Of a stretch of 32,000 nucleotides of DNA, positions 1-10,886 are shown piece by piece. The position numbers were made by a program, and so were the translations under genes. Source of the DNA: Corynebacterium amycolatum (GTDB lineage Bacteria; Actinomycetota; Actinomycetes; Mycobacteriales; Mycobacteriaceae); the NCBI RefSeq assembly GCF_049243625.1, contig NZ_CP046975.1; one strand, written 5' to 3'. Each line of letters starts with the position of its first letter. Position 1 is the first letter of the stretch. Under the pieces are notes generated by a model that saw nothing but the letters and a program-made list of their open reading frames with translations, had not been told where the DNA came from and ran no database searches.

Positions 1-52
1 CAACGCGCTCAGTGCGCTCTGCCTCCAGATGGTCCTTATCACTGAAGTGCAT
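1..52 (-). CDS. 5' end of the gene following hisC (possibly hisB by synteny; only 17 codons visible)
   Basis: ATG at 52..50 is preceded by AAGGAGAGA (70..62, - strand), 45 nt downstream of the hisC stop. It translates MHFSDKDHLEAERTERV, which is too short to identify. Confidence 0.3.
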   Translation of the reverse strand, partial: MHFSDKDHLEAERTERV

Positions 53-97
53 AAGTCAAATCTCTCCTTGTAGTGGGATGTACCGGCAGCATTTCGC

Positions 98-2592
<2,495 letters not shown>

Positions 2593-2807
2593 AATTAATT
2601 AGTAACCGCCTATTCGCACGATGGATTCATACGTGAGCACTTCAGAGTGACAAAGAAATGACAACAAAGTATTAAAAATCTGGGTCAAAGCCAAAGACTT
2701 TATCCACGGTTTTCGCTACTATTCGCCCTTAAAGGCACCCTTGAGTATGAACTAAGCATATATTTCTCACGTTAGGTTCATACCGATTGCCCCATTTAAC
2801 CCCTCAT

Positions 2808-2836
2808 ACTGTGGCGCAAGTTAGCTCCGCCACAGT
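2808..2836. promoter_or_regulatory. perfect 9-bp inverted repeat ACTGTGGCG-N11-CGCCACAGT in the hisD / repeat-protein divergent region
   Basis: Read directly: arms at 2808-2816 and 2828-2836. A third CACAGT-like copy (TACAGTG) is at 2844-2850. The repeat sits about 50 nt upstream of the TTG start at 2889. Confidence 0.4.
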
Positions 2837-2888
2837 GACCCATTACAGTGTTAAGGAAAGTAGTAACCAGTCGTAGAAAGGTCAGCTG

Positions 2889-4595
2889 TTGAACCAGGTA
2901 GGAAACAGCCCGGATTTGCCGGAGCTCGTCGCAGCCTACGCAGACGCGACCGCAGCCGACAATTCCCTGGCCACGCGCCAACTGGAATCAGTTTTCGCGC
3001 ATCATTTCTACAACCCACAACTCTTTTCTGCCCCGGAAGCCCACGGCGTTATCGAACACGTCGGCGCGTTTTACCGCATTGTCCGCGAGGTCACCGAATC
3101 GCTCGGCATGATGACAGCTGCGCACGATGCCGCCCTGAACTGGATGGTATGGGCATCCGATAACGACAACGTGCCGGAGTACTGGCGCGCCCGGGCACGG
3201 CTGGCGGCAGACGAAGCCCGCCGCTACACCACCTTTATCGCCGATGGTCAAACCTCTGCTGCCGCAGAGACCGAAATCCCCCTCATCGCACGCATGAGCA
3301 GGGAAATCACCTCGTACCGGGCACTCGTGCTTGCCGACGATTTGGATGCCCCAACCGGCAGCCACAGCGCGGTGACCACGGATGCGGATGGGCTGCGGCC
3401 GCAGGAATCGTCGGCAAGCGAAGAAGCGGATGAGCCGTTTAGCCCCCGCCAGTGGAAGAAGCGGGCGGCACTGACTGACGCGCTGATTCGGATTGCGAGC
3501 GCCTTGCGAAAGGTCAACCGCGAGGACTTGGCACGGGAGCTGCACGAGATGATTCGGGCACTGCCGAATGAGGATAAGTTTGAGTCGATTGCGCTGGCGA
3601 AGACTCTGACGGAGGCATCACTGCTGCACCGAGCCGGGAAGGTCGTCGACGCAGCGCGACTTTGCGCCTCACAGCTCAATGCAATCGGTAACCGCTCCGT
3701 AATCGCGGGCCTTGAGCTGAGGCAGAATTTGGCACGGTACTCGATAGAGACCGGTAATAGCGATACCGCGTTCCGAATGCTGTCGAACAACGTGGCAGTC
3801 GCGGACCAGCACAGACTGGACACTGACTATATTCTCGCGGTTCGTGAGATGGCAGACATCAACTTCGAGGTGGCACACAACAAGCCCGATGCCGAGGAGA
3901 TGCTGAAGCTGACTCAGCGCGCCCAGGACGTGTCGGCAGACTACCCCGACTGTGAAATCACCATGGAAATCGCGCTGCTGAAGGCAACGGCACTGTACGA
4001 GCTCGGAGATTTCCGCCACGCCGGCCAGGAAGCGGAGTCGGTTGCAAAGTGGTCTGAGCCTACCCAGGATTCCGCGCGTACTGATTTTTCCTGTGCTATT
4101 GCGGCGGAATCGGCAGTCCAAGAGGGAAATACTGAACATGCGGCAGTGCTCTTCGACGCGCTGGCCGATATTCGTGCCGTATACTCGTCACCGATTTCAC
4201 CTGCGGAAACTCTGATGGATGCCGCACTATCGCTCAGTAACGTGGGCGCCACAAGCGAGCTGACCGACCACCTGATGGAACGCTCGCGTGGCTACGTGGT
4301 TGGGTCCTGGGAATCGGCCAAGTGGCACGAGTCGCAGGCGCTGCTGTGCTGGTCGGTATGGGACAACGACGGCGTGTACAAGTACGCCGACGAAGCTGCC
4401 GAGCTTTTCTTAGAAGCCCACGCCCCTGCCGATGCCGCCCGCACGCTGACTATCGCAGTGCGTGCTGCTGCTAGTGACAACAATGAGGAACGCGCCCGCC
4501 GGTTCGCGACTCGCATCGGCGACCTAGTCGGCCCGGATCACCCGGTGCGCGATGAAGTTCGTGGACTAATGCGTAGCTTTTCAACCCCGGATTAA
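2889..4595 (+). CDS. hypothetical all-alpha / TPR-like repeat protein, paralog A (568 aa)
   Basis: Long ORF with TTG start and GAAAGG 8 nt upstream. Composition is Ala/Leu/Glu/Arg-rich with native-looking codon bias. It shares N- and C-terminal modules with the next ORF. I recognised no catalytic, TM or HTH motif. Confidence 0.7.
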   Translation: MNQVGNSPDLPELVAAYADATAADNSLATRQLESVFAHHFYNPQLFSAPEAHGVIEHVGAFYRIVREVTESLGMMTAAHDAALNWMVWASDNDNVPEYWRARARLAADEARRYTTFIADGQTSAAAETEIPLIARMSREITSYRALVLADDLDAPTGSHSAVTTDADGLRPQESSASEEADEPFSPRQWKKRAALTDALIRIASALRKVNREDLARELHEMIRALPNEDKFESIALAKTLTEASLLHRAGKVVDAARLCASQLNAIGNRSVIAGLELRQNLARYSIETGNSDTAFRMLSNNVAVADQHRLDTDYILAVREMADINFEVAHNKPDAEEMLKLTQRAQDVSADYPDCEITMEIALLKATALYELGDFRHAGQEAESVAKWSEPTQDSARTDFSCAIAAESAVQEGNTEHAAVLFDALADIRAVYSSPISPAETLMDAALSLSNVGATSELTDHLMERSRGYVVGSWESAKWHESQALLCWSVWDNDGVYKYADEAAELFLEAHAPADAARTLTIAVRAAASDNNEERARRFATRIGDLVGPDHPVRDEVRGLMRSFSTPD

Positions 4596-4635
4596 CAGCG
4601 CATCCGGCTGTACAGGTCTGAAAAGCAAAGCAGTT

Positions 4636-6462
4636 TTGCATCTTCCCGATGCCACGGGCGAAGATAGTCCAATGGTCTGGTGGGAAGAAGAAAACTCTGA
4701 GTCTGAAATTCAAGTTGGCGATTGGGAAGCCGGCATCGCTGCCGACCACGTGTCAGTGAATTCGGAAAACGCATCAGCGACGGAGAACTCGTCCGACCCC
4801 TTGGACTTTCCTCCCCTGCCCAATCCGCTAAAGGCATTGCCGGACTCCCTCCCGGAGCTGCTGGTTATTTCCCGCAAGGCCGGCGCCACGCTCGACCACG
4901 TCACCAGTTGGCGCGCGGTCACCAAGTTCGCCCACACGCACTGGTTGGCCGACGCACCTACAAACTCCCCCGATGTCATTGGCGAATTCCACGCACTCAG
5001 GCATGCAGTTGCCGACCAACTCGAATTAGTAGAAGAAGCCACTGCTGCACGCGCCGAGTGGCTGCGTTGGGCAACTGAGGCCAACATTCGCCCCGCGATC
5101 TTGCACGCACGCTCCTACGGAGCATTCGCCGAGGCTGAGGCCTTCATCGACGCCAACCCCGGTGATGCCATCACCGGCCGTCGCCCCGAGGACTCCGAAA
5201 TCCCTGAGCTGATCAGTCTTACTAAGGACATCGTCGCCACCACTCCACAGCCCGGCGAGGCCTATTACTACCTGGTCAGCGCGGCTGTTGCCGGCGCCGC
5301 AGCATCGCTGGCGCGCCGGGCGGAAATCGCCGGTCAGCTCTCTGAATGGTCCGCACGCTGGGCACCAAAGCGAAGCAGTTTCGACGATCGGAAGCTGTTG
5401 GAGGCGCAGCTCGCGCACAGCCGTGGTGAACTGCGCAGGGCCGCCCGCATCGCTGCCAGCGTCGCAGCGGCTCCTCAGTCGGAACCCGTCACCACGACGA
5501 TTGAAGCGCGCCAATTTCTGGCTTTTCTCTCTCTGGAAGCTGGTGAGGAAGCGGAGGCAATCCGCCAGCTACGCCCAATCGTGCAGGCTGGTCTCGATGC
5601 AGGACTCACGGTCGCGGTGCTTCGCAGCGTGCGTCTGCTCTGTGCGCTTCTCAACGCCCACGGCGATTTCGCGGAATCCGCCGAATTTGCCCGCCGCGCG
5701 CTCGCCAGCGCCGAGGGCATGCCGGTCAACCCCATCACCATGGATATCCAGCTCGTTTTGGCCCGCAGTCTCCTCGATGCCGACGAGGTTGACGAGGCGC
5801 TGCGCTTTGCCGAACCAGTTGCGCACTGGTCAGCATTTACCGCCGATGAAGAACGCACCGACGCGGCGTTTTCTATTGCCTCCACAGCCGCGGGGCTCGG
5901 CAATAATCCCCGCCGGGCGGCAAAGCTGCTCATCGAGCACGGCGAGCACCTTGAACGCAACGGCGATACCAAGGGCGCTGCCAAGGCCTACCGTCAGGCT
6001 GCGCGTTCTATCATTCATGTCATTGACCTGGTCATTTCCGAAGAGGGCTCCGAATTCACCGCCGAGATCGTCTCTGAGGACGCTTCCGCCGCCATTGACC
6101 ACACGCTCAGCGAGGCTGAGGACCTTCTGCTGCGTTCTCAGAAGCTCATCTCCGACGACTGGTCACTCGCCGACTGGCACGACGATGCCGCCTACGTCTT
6201 CTACTCCGCTGGCCGCGACACTTTGGCCATCAACCATGTGGAAGCCGCCGCGAAGGGCTACCTGCAGTCCGGCGATGGCGAGGAAGCCGCCCGCGCGCTG
6301 CTGGCGGGGGTTCGCTACCGTCTCGACGCGGGTGATTCCGACGGTGCCGCCGCCTATGCTCGGCGCGTCGAAGAGCTTCTGCCCCGCGACGTGTGGGAAG
6401 GCCATCCTGTTCTCGATGCCCTTGACGTCATCATTATTCAGTCGCTTGACGACGAATACTAG
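4636..6462 (+). CDS. hypothetical all-alpha / TPR-like repeat protein, paralog B (608 aa; start uncertain, alternative ATG at 4672)
   Basis: Long ORF 40 nt after paralog A. It has an acidic N-terminal extension, then modules alignable to paralog A (LPEL..FAH.H..; C-terminal DWSLADWH...EEAARAL...). Confidence 0.7.
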   Translation: MHLPDATGEDSPMVWWEEENSESEIQVGDWEAGIAADHVSVNSENASATENSSDPLDFPPLPNPLKALPDSLPELLVISRKAGATLDHVTSWRAVTKFAHTHWLADAPTNSPDVIGEFHALRHAVADQLELVEEATAARAEWLRWATEANIRPAILHARSYGAFAEAEAFIDANPGDAITGRRPEDSEIPELISLTKDIVATTPQPGEAYYYLVSAAVAGAAASLARRAEIAGQLSEWSARWAPKRSSFDDRKLLEAQLAHSRGELRRAARIAASVAAAPQSEPVTTTIEARQFLAFLSLEAGEEAEAIRQLRPIVQAGLDAGLTVAVLRSVRLLCALLNAHGDFAESAEFARRALASAEGMPVNPITMDIQLVLARSLLDADEVDEALRFAEPVAHWSAFTADEERTDAAFSIASTAAGLGNNPRRAAKLLIEHGEHLERNGDTKGAAKAYRQAARSIIHVIDLVISEEGSEFTAEIVSEDASAAIDHTLSEAEDLLLRSQKLISDDWSLADWHDDAAYVFYSAGRDTLAINHVEAAAKGYLQSGDGEEAARALLAGVRYRLDAGDSDGAAAYARRVEELLPRDVWEGHPVLDALDVIIIQSLDDEY

Positions 6463-6512
6463 CGCCCCGCCCACTTCGGTGCTGGCGGTGGCACAAAGTA
6501 GAGTGTTAGGTC

Positions 6513-7088
6513 ATGACTACTTCTGGTGATTCCGCGACTTCTAGCCCGCAGCAGCTTTTCGACGCCGCCACGGCATTGGCTGAGGAAAACAACCTCTGGG
6601 AAGCAGCCCTAACTCTGATGCAGGGGTTCGAGGAGCTCGGCGACAAGGCTGATGCCCCGCAAACCGACAGTCTGGGGCGCCCCATCCGTGGCTCTGCACC
6701 AAAGCTGATGGACAAGGCCGCGGATTGGTTGGATCTGCTGGATAACCTGGAGAAAGACGGCTTCGAGCCGACCGCGGACACCCCACCGCGCCACTTGCGC
6801 TGGGCGATGTGGCACACCTTGAACGGCCAGGCAGAGATTCGTCGAGGACATCAGGGGCGCGCCATTGATCACCTGGAGTTGGCGGCGGGACTTTTCCAGT
6901 CCGACAAGCTCAATATCCAGGCCGTGCCTCTGCTTGCACAAATTGCACAGTGCCACCTGCATTTGGGCGATGCCGGTGCTGCGGAGAAGGCGCTTTACCG
7001 CGCACAGAAAACCTGTGATGAGCAATCGCGGGAGCGCTGGGGGTCAGCACTAAGCGAGATTGGGGCAGAGATCGCCCGTCGCCTGTAG
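6513..7088 (+). CDS. hypothetical TPR-like protein, short paralog C (191 aa)
   Basis: ATG ORF 50 nt after paralog B. Its C-terminal half (LRWAMWH...ELAAGLF...LGDAGAAEKAL) aligns to the C-terminal module of A and B. Confidence 0.6.
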   Translation: MTTSGDSATSSPQQLFDAATALAEENNLWEAALTLMQGFEELGDKADAPQTDSLGRPIRGSAPKLMDKAADWLDLLDNLEKDGFEPTADTPPRHLRWAMWHTLNGQAEIRRGHQGRAIDHLELAAGLFQSDKLNIQAVPLLAQIAQCHLHLGDAGAAEKALYRAQKTCDEQSRERWGSALSEIGAEIARRL

Positions 7089-7122
7089 GCGAAGCTACGA
7101 GGCGAAACCGGGGCTGATTCAG

Positions 7123-8004
7123 CTACTGCTCGTCGAAGTCGAGTCCGACATCGAACACCTTGGCCGAGTGGGTTAGCGCGCCCACAGCCAGGTAATCGAC
7201 ACCACAGGACGCGTACTCACGAGCCACATCGATGGTCAGTCCGCCAGAGGACTCCAGCTGGGTTGCCGGAGAAATCTGCGAGCGGCGCTGTACCGCAATC
7301 TGGGTCTCCCAAACTTCGAAGTTGTCCAGCATGACGATGTCCGGTTTCATCGGCAGGATTTCATCGAGCTGTGCGAGGGTATCGACTTCCACCTCGCACG
7401 GCAGCTCCGGATACTGAGCCCGCACCCTCTTCAACGCACCGGACACGGAACCGACGGCCACCACGTGGTTGTCCTTAATCAGTGCCTCATCGCCCAATGC
7501 ATAGCGGTGTTTAATTCCACCACCGCAGGTCACCGCATACTTTTCCAGGTTGCGCAGACCCGGCAGTGTCTTTCGGGAATCGCGCACCCGCGCACCGGTG
7601 CCAACGATTGCGTCAGCCCACTGGCGCGTCGCAGTAGCTACACCACTGGCGTGCGTGAGGATATTCAGCATTGTCCGCTCAGCAGTCAGCAACCCCCGAG
7701 TCGGCGCAGAAATCGTTGCCAGCACTGTGCCAGGACGCACCAGGGTGCCATCTTCAACGTGCTTTTCGACGGTGAACTCACCCGAGATGACCTCCTGCAG
7801 CGTCCACTCCACCGCATCGATAGCCGCGATAACGCCCTCTTGCCGGGCCACCAGGCGGGCGCGTGCCTGCGCAGCTGCCGAGACTGTCGACAGCGAAGTC
7901 ACATCCGGCCCGAAGCTCATATCTTCCTGCAGTGCCGTCCGAATGAGTCCGCGGGTGATGTTTTCGTTCAGCACCCCGCGCAGAGTGTCCTTCTCAAGAG
8001 TCAT
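7123..8004 (-). CDS. nadC: nicotinate-nucleotide pyrophosphorylase (quinolinate phosphoribosyltransferase)
   Basis: 293-aa ORF with RKTLPGLR..EKYAVTCGGGIKHRYALGDEALIKDNH, typical of NadC. It starts 6 nt after the nadB stop. Confidence 0.9.
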   Translation of the reverse strand: MTLEKDTLRGVLNENITRGLIRTALQEDMSFGPDVTSLSTVSAAAQARARLVARQEGVIAAIDAVEWTLQEVISGEFTVEKHVEDGTLVRPGTVLATISAPTRGLLTAERTMLNILTHASGVATATRQWADAIVGTGARVRDSRKTLPGLRNLEKYAVTCGGGIKHRYALGDEALIKDNHVVAVGSVSGALKRVRAQYPELPCEVEVDTLAQLDEILPMKPDIVMLDNFEVWETQIAVQRRSQISPATQLESSGGLTIDVAREYASCGVDYLAVGALTHSAKVFDVGLDFDEQ

Positions 8005-8010
8005 GGCTAG

Positions 8011-9543
8011 CTAATCCCCGTCCTTTTCAAACCAAGTGTGGCACCCCAAAGTATATGGTCGTGCCAATGCCGCTTCGACGACTTTCCTTGCGGCCACGAC
8101 CTGAACCGATTGCGGGAGCCGATCGATAACCGCCAATGCCTGCCGCAAACTCTGCTCATTGCGCGTTACACCAGCGCCTTCCTGCATCGCAGTCTGCAAC
8201 CGGAAAAGCTGGCGCGGTTCCAGTTCCGGCCGTGGCTGCGGCAGGCCTTCAACCGCCGCTGCGAATTCCTCGTCCCCGACCGGCACAGCGTGTGTTTCAG
8301 CGACTTTTTCGGCCACTCGCTTGCCGACGACCAGTCCCTCCAGCAACGAATTGGAAGCCAACCTGTTGGCACCGTGCAGCCCCGTCGCGGAGCATTCACC
8401 GGCCGCAAAGAGACCCGGCGCTCTAGTTGCACCGAATGGGTCGACGGCAATGCCACCACAGGTGTAGTGGACCGCCGGGGCCACGGGAATGAGGTCCTTG
8501 GTCGGATCAATCTCCGCTGCGGTCAGGCCCGCTGTGATCGTCGGAAAGCGGACGGCGAAGTTGTCGATGTGACGTGCGTCGAGGAAGACATGGTCCTCGC
8601 CGAGCTGACGCATGCGAGTCGCGATGGCACGCGAGACGATATCGCGCGGAGCCAGGTCTCCGCGTGGGTCAACGCCGGCGGTCACACTGTTTCCCCGGGA
8701 ATCGACGAGGATGGCTCCTTCACCACGGACAGCCTCGCTGATGAGATGGCGTCGGCCGGTGCCGTCTGATGCCGAGCGCTCGTCATAGAGCACTGTCGGG
8801 TGGAACTGGATAAACTCCATGTCCCGAATCTCCGCGCCAGCATCGGAGGCCATGCCGATAGCCTCACCGCGGGCGCCCGAAGGCGCCGTAGTCGCGCGGT
8901 AAATATGCCCCACGCCACCGGTAGCCAGCAGAGTTGCACCTGCGCGAATAGCGCCGCCACCACGGGGATCCGCTACCAGCGCCCCCAGCACGCGGCCGTC
9001 TTTGCCAACGATGAGCTGGCGCGCTGTAGCGTTCTGCAGTACTCGCACGCCGGTAACTGAGGCTTCTAGGGCGCGCTCAATTTCAGCACCAGTGGCGTCA
9101 CCACCGGCATGAATGATGCGCCGCGCGTGGTGTCCGCCCTCTTTGGTGCGGGAATATACGGCCGGGTTATCCGGCGCCGGGTCAAATGTGGCGCCTAGCC
9201 CAATCAGCCACTCGGTCGCCGCAGCGCCGGCACGGATGATAGAAGCCACGGCCGCTTCATCGCAGTGGCCGGCACCGGCATCGAGGGTGTCCGCGATATG
9301 GGAATCAGTGGTGTCCTCGAACCCATTGGCCACATGGCCGCTGGGGTCGTCGTCAAGCCCGACGACCGCGAGCCCGCCCTGTGCGAGATTCGTGGCGGCA
9401 TCGGCGAAACGCAGCTGTTTGCGGGCACCGACGCGCCACTCGACGCTGTCGATAACCAGCACGTCGAGGCCGAGCTCAAGGGCCCTACGCGCAGCACTGA
9501 GCCCTGCGACTCCCCCGCCGATGACGAGGAAGTCACACGTCAG
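8011..9543 (-). CDS. nadB: L-aspartate oxidase (5' end uncertain: first canonical start is GTG at 9462, but the conserved N-terminus is encoded upstream)
   Basis: NadB-like motifs NLAQGGLA, FIQFHPT and HGANRLASNSLLEGLV. In the same frame, 9534..9499 encodes DFLVIGGGVAGL (FAD GxGxxG). The frame is open up to the TGA at 9615..9613 with no ATG/GTG/TTG. The end given here is the in-frame CTG at 9543. Confidence 0.85.
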   Translation of the reverse strand: MTCDFLVIGGGVAGLSAARRALELGLDVLVIDSVEWRVGARKQLRFADAATNLAQGGLAVVGLDDDPSGHVANGFEDTTDSHIADTLDAGAGHCDEAAVASIIRAGAAATEWLIGLGATFDPAPDNPAVYSRTKEGGHHARRIIHAGGDATGAEIERALEASVTGVRVLQNATARQLIVGKDGRVLGALVADPRGGGAIRAGATLLATGGVGHIYRATTAPSGARGEAIGMASDAGAEIRDMEFIQFHPTVLYDERSASDGTGRRHLISEAVRGEGAILVDSRGNSVTAGVDPRGDLAPRDIVSRAIATRMRQLGEDHVFLDARHIDNFAVRFPTITAGLTAAEIDPTKDLIPVAPAVHYTCGGIAVDPFGATRAPGLFAAGECSATGLHGANRLASNSLLEGLVVGKRVAEKVAETHAVPVGDEEFAAAVEGLPQPRPELEPRQLFRLQTAMQEGAGVTRNEQSLRQALAVIDRLPQSVQVVAARKVVEAALARPYTLGCHTWFEKDGD

Positions 9544-9580
9544 TGTCCAACTGTCGAATGATGAGCGCAGACCAAACGTG

Positions 9581-10657
9581 TTACTCGCCCCCGCCTGGAT
9601 TACCGATGGCGATCATGCGCTCGACCGAGGCGCGCGCCTTGTCGGCGACCTCAGGAGCGACGTCGACCTCATCGGTGCCCTCAACGAGGCAGCGCAGCAG
9701 AGCCGCCGGAGTGATGAGCTTCATGTACGAGCAGGAAGCGCGGTCGTTGACCGGCTCAAAGCCGACATCCGGTGCGGCCTTGCGCAGCTGGTGCAGCATG
9801 CCCACCTCAGTGGCCACGAGCACCTTGCCGTTGGGCTTGTTCTCCTTCAGCTTCTGCGCCTCGGTCAGCATCTCGCCGGTGGAGAGCATCTGCACGCGCT
9901 CCGGCTCAATGGTGCCTTCACCCGCGAGGTAAATCGCAGAGTTCGCGCAACCGCACTCCGGGTGGATGAACAGCTGCGAATCGGCGTTCTCTTCCGCGCG
10001 GTGCGCGAGTTCCTCACCGTTGATGTTGGCGTGGACGTGGCACTCACCAGCCCATACCTTGATATTGTCGCGGCCGGTCTCACGGCGGACGTGTGCGCCG
10101 AGGAACTGATCCGGGTTGAACAGGATCTCCTGGTCTTCCGGGATGGACTTGACCACGTCGACGGCGTTGGAGGAAGTACAGCAGATGTCGGTCAGAGCCT
10201 TTACGTCTGCCGTGGTGTTGACGTAGCTGACCACCAGTGCGCCGGGATTCTCAGCCTTCCACTCGGCCAGTTCGTCTGCAGTGATGGAGTCCGCCAGGGA
10301 GCAGCCGGCGCGCTCGTCCGGAATAAGGACAGTCTTCTCAGGGCTCAGAATTTTGGCGGTTTCCGCCATGAAGTGGACACCACAGAAAACGATGACATCG
10401 GCATCGGTTTCCGCAGCGATGCGGGAAAGCCCGAGGGAATCGCCGGTGTAATCGGCAATATCCTGAATCTCCGGCAGCTGGTAGTTGTGCGCAAGAATTA
10501 CGGCATTGCGTTCGCGGGCGAGGCGCTTAATCTCCTGAGCCCAGCGCTCATCTGCAATTACGCCACCGTAGCGGCCATCTTTATCGACTACCGATTCGTA
10601 CAGATCCGATTCAAGGCGCGGCAGGCTGGAAGCATTGGCCGCAAGGCTGGTATTCAC
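9581..10657 (-). CDS. nadA: quinolinate synthase
   Basis: 358-aa ORF with GTG start and motifs [18 protein letters not shown] and PECGCA. It is the first gene of a nadA-nadB-nadC array. Confidence 0.92.
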   Translation of the reverse strand: MNTSLAANASSLPRLESDLYESVVDKDGRYGGVIADERWAQEIKRLARERNAVILAHNYQLPEIQDIADYTGDSLGLSRIAAETDADVIVFCGVHFMAETAKILSPEKTVLIPDERAGCSLADSITADELAEWKAENPGALVVSYVNTTADVKALTDICCTSSNAVDVVKSIPEDQEILFNPDQFLGAHVRRETGRDNIKVWAGECHVHANINGEELAHRAEENADSQLFIHPECGCANSAIYLAGEGTIEPERVQMLSTGEMLTEAQKLKENKPNGKVLVATEVGMLHQLRKAAPDVGFEPVNDRASCSYMKLITPAALLRCLVEGTDEVDVAPEVADKARASVERMIAIGNPGGGE

Positions 10658-10804
10658 GGAAAACTACGTCCTTACTTCAATGGGCTGTGGCTACGACCGG
10701 AGAAAACGCCGTCACCGTTACCGGCAACGATCCCCGGACGCATTCGCAGCGGACTCAAACGGGCAAGTGCAAGAGACCTAAGCTCGCCACACAATATCGA
10801 AAAT

Positions 10805-10820
10805 GCCCCTAAATCGGGGC
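10805..10820 (-). promoter_or_regulatory. short terminator-like hairpin in the nadA leader (GCCCC-GATTTA-GGGGC followed by ATTTTCGATATT on the - strand)
   Basis: Read directly on the - strand, about 150 nt upstream of the nadA GTG. The stem is only 5 bp. Confidence 0.25.
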
Positions 10821-10842
10821 GAATACCGGCATCGAGGACGAA

Positions 10843-10886
10843 CCTATTTCCCAAAATTGTAAGGCTTGTATAAGCCTATTTCCCAA
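10843..10886. promoter_or_regulatory. operator-like cluster upstream of nadA: direct repeats CCTATTTCCCAA (x2, 32-bp period) flanking the palindrome AGGCTT-GTAT-AAGCCT
   Basis: Repeats at 10843-10854 and 10875-10886, palindrome at 10862-10877. On the nadA strand a TACAAT -10-like hexamer lies just downstream of the palindrome. Confidence 0.4.

Noticed and set aside
4597-4640. Small palindromes between paralogs A and B (CTGTACAG at 4609-4616; GCAAA-GCAGT-TTTGC around 4625-4639), considered as a terminator.
   Set aside because: The stems are only 4-5 bp with no U-tract. They are more likely incidental or a minor intercistronic element. They matter only because the TTG start at 4636 lies inside the second one, which slightly favours ATG 4672.
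9113-10873. 586-aa ORF on the + strand spanning nadB/nadA. Similar long antisense or off-frame ORFs include 1444-2598, 5288-6529, 11803-12918, 16009-16818, 17586-18632, 19948-20937, 25552-26670 and 30697-31344.
   Set aside because: These lie antisense to, or in alternative frames of, genes with clear family motifs. Their products are Arg/Pro/Ser/Gly-rich nonsense typical of shadow ORFs in GC-rich DNA. None has a recognisable motif or RBS.
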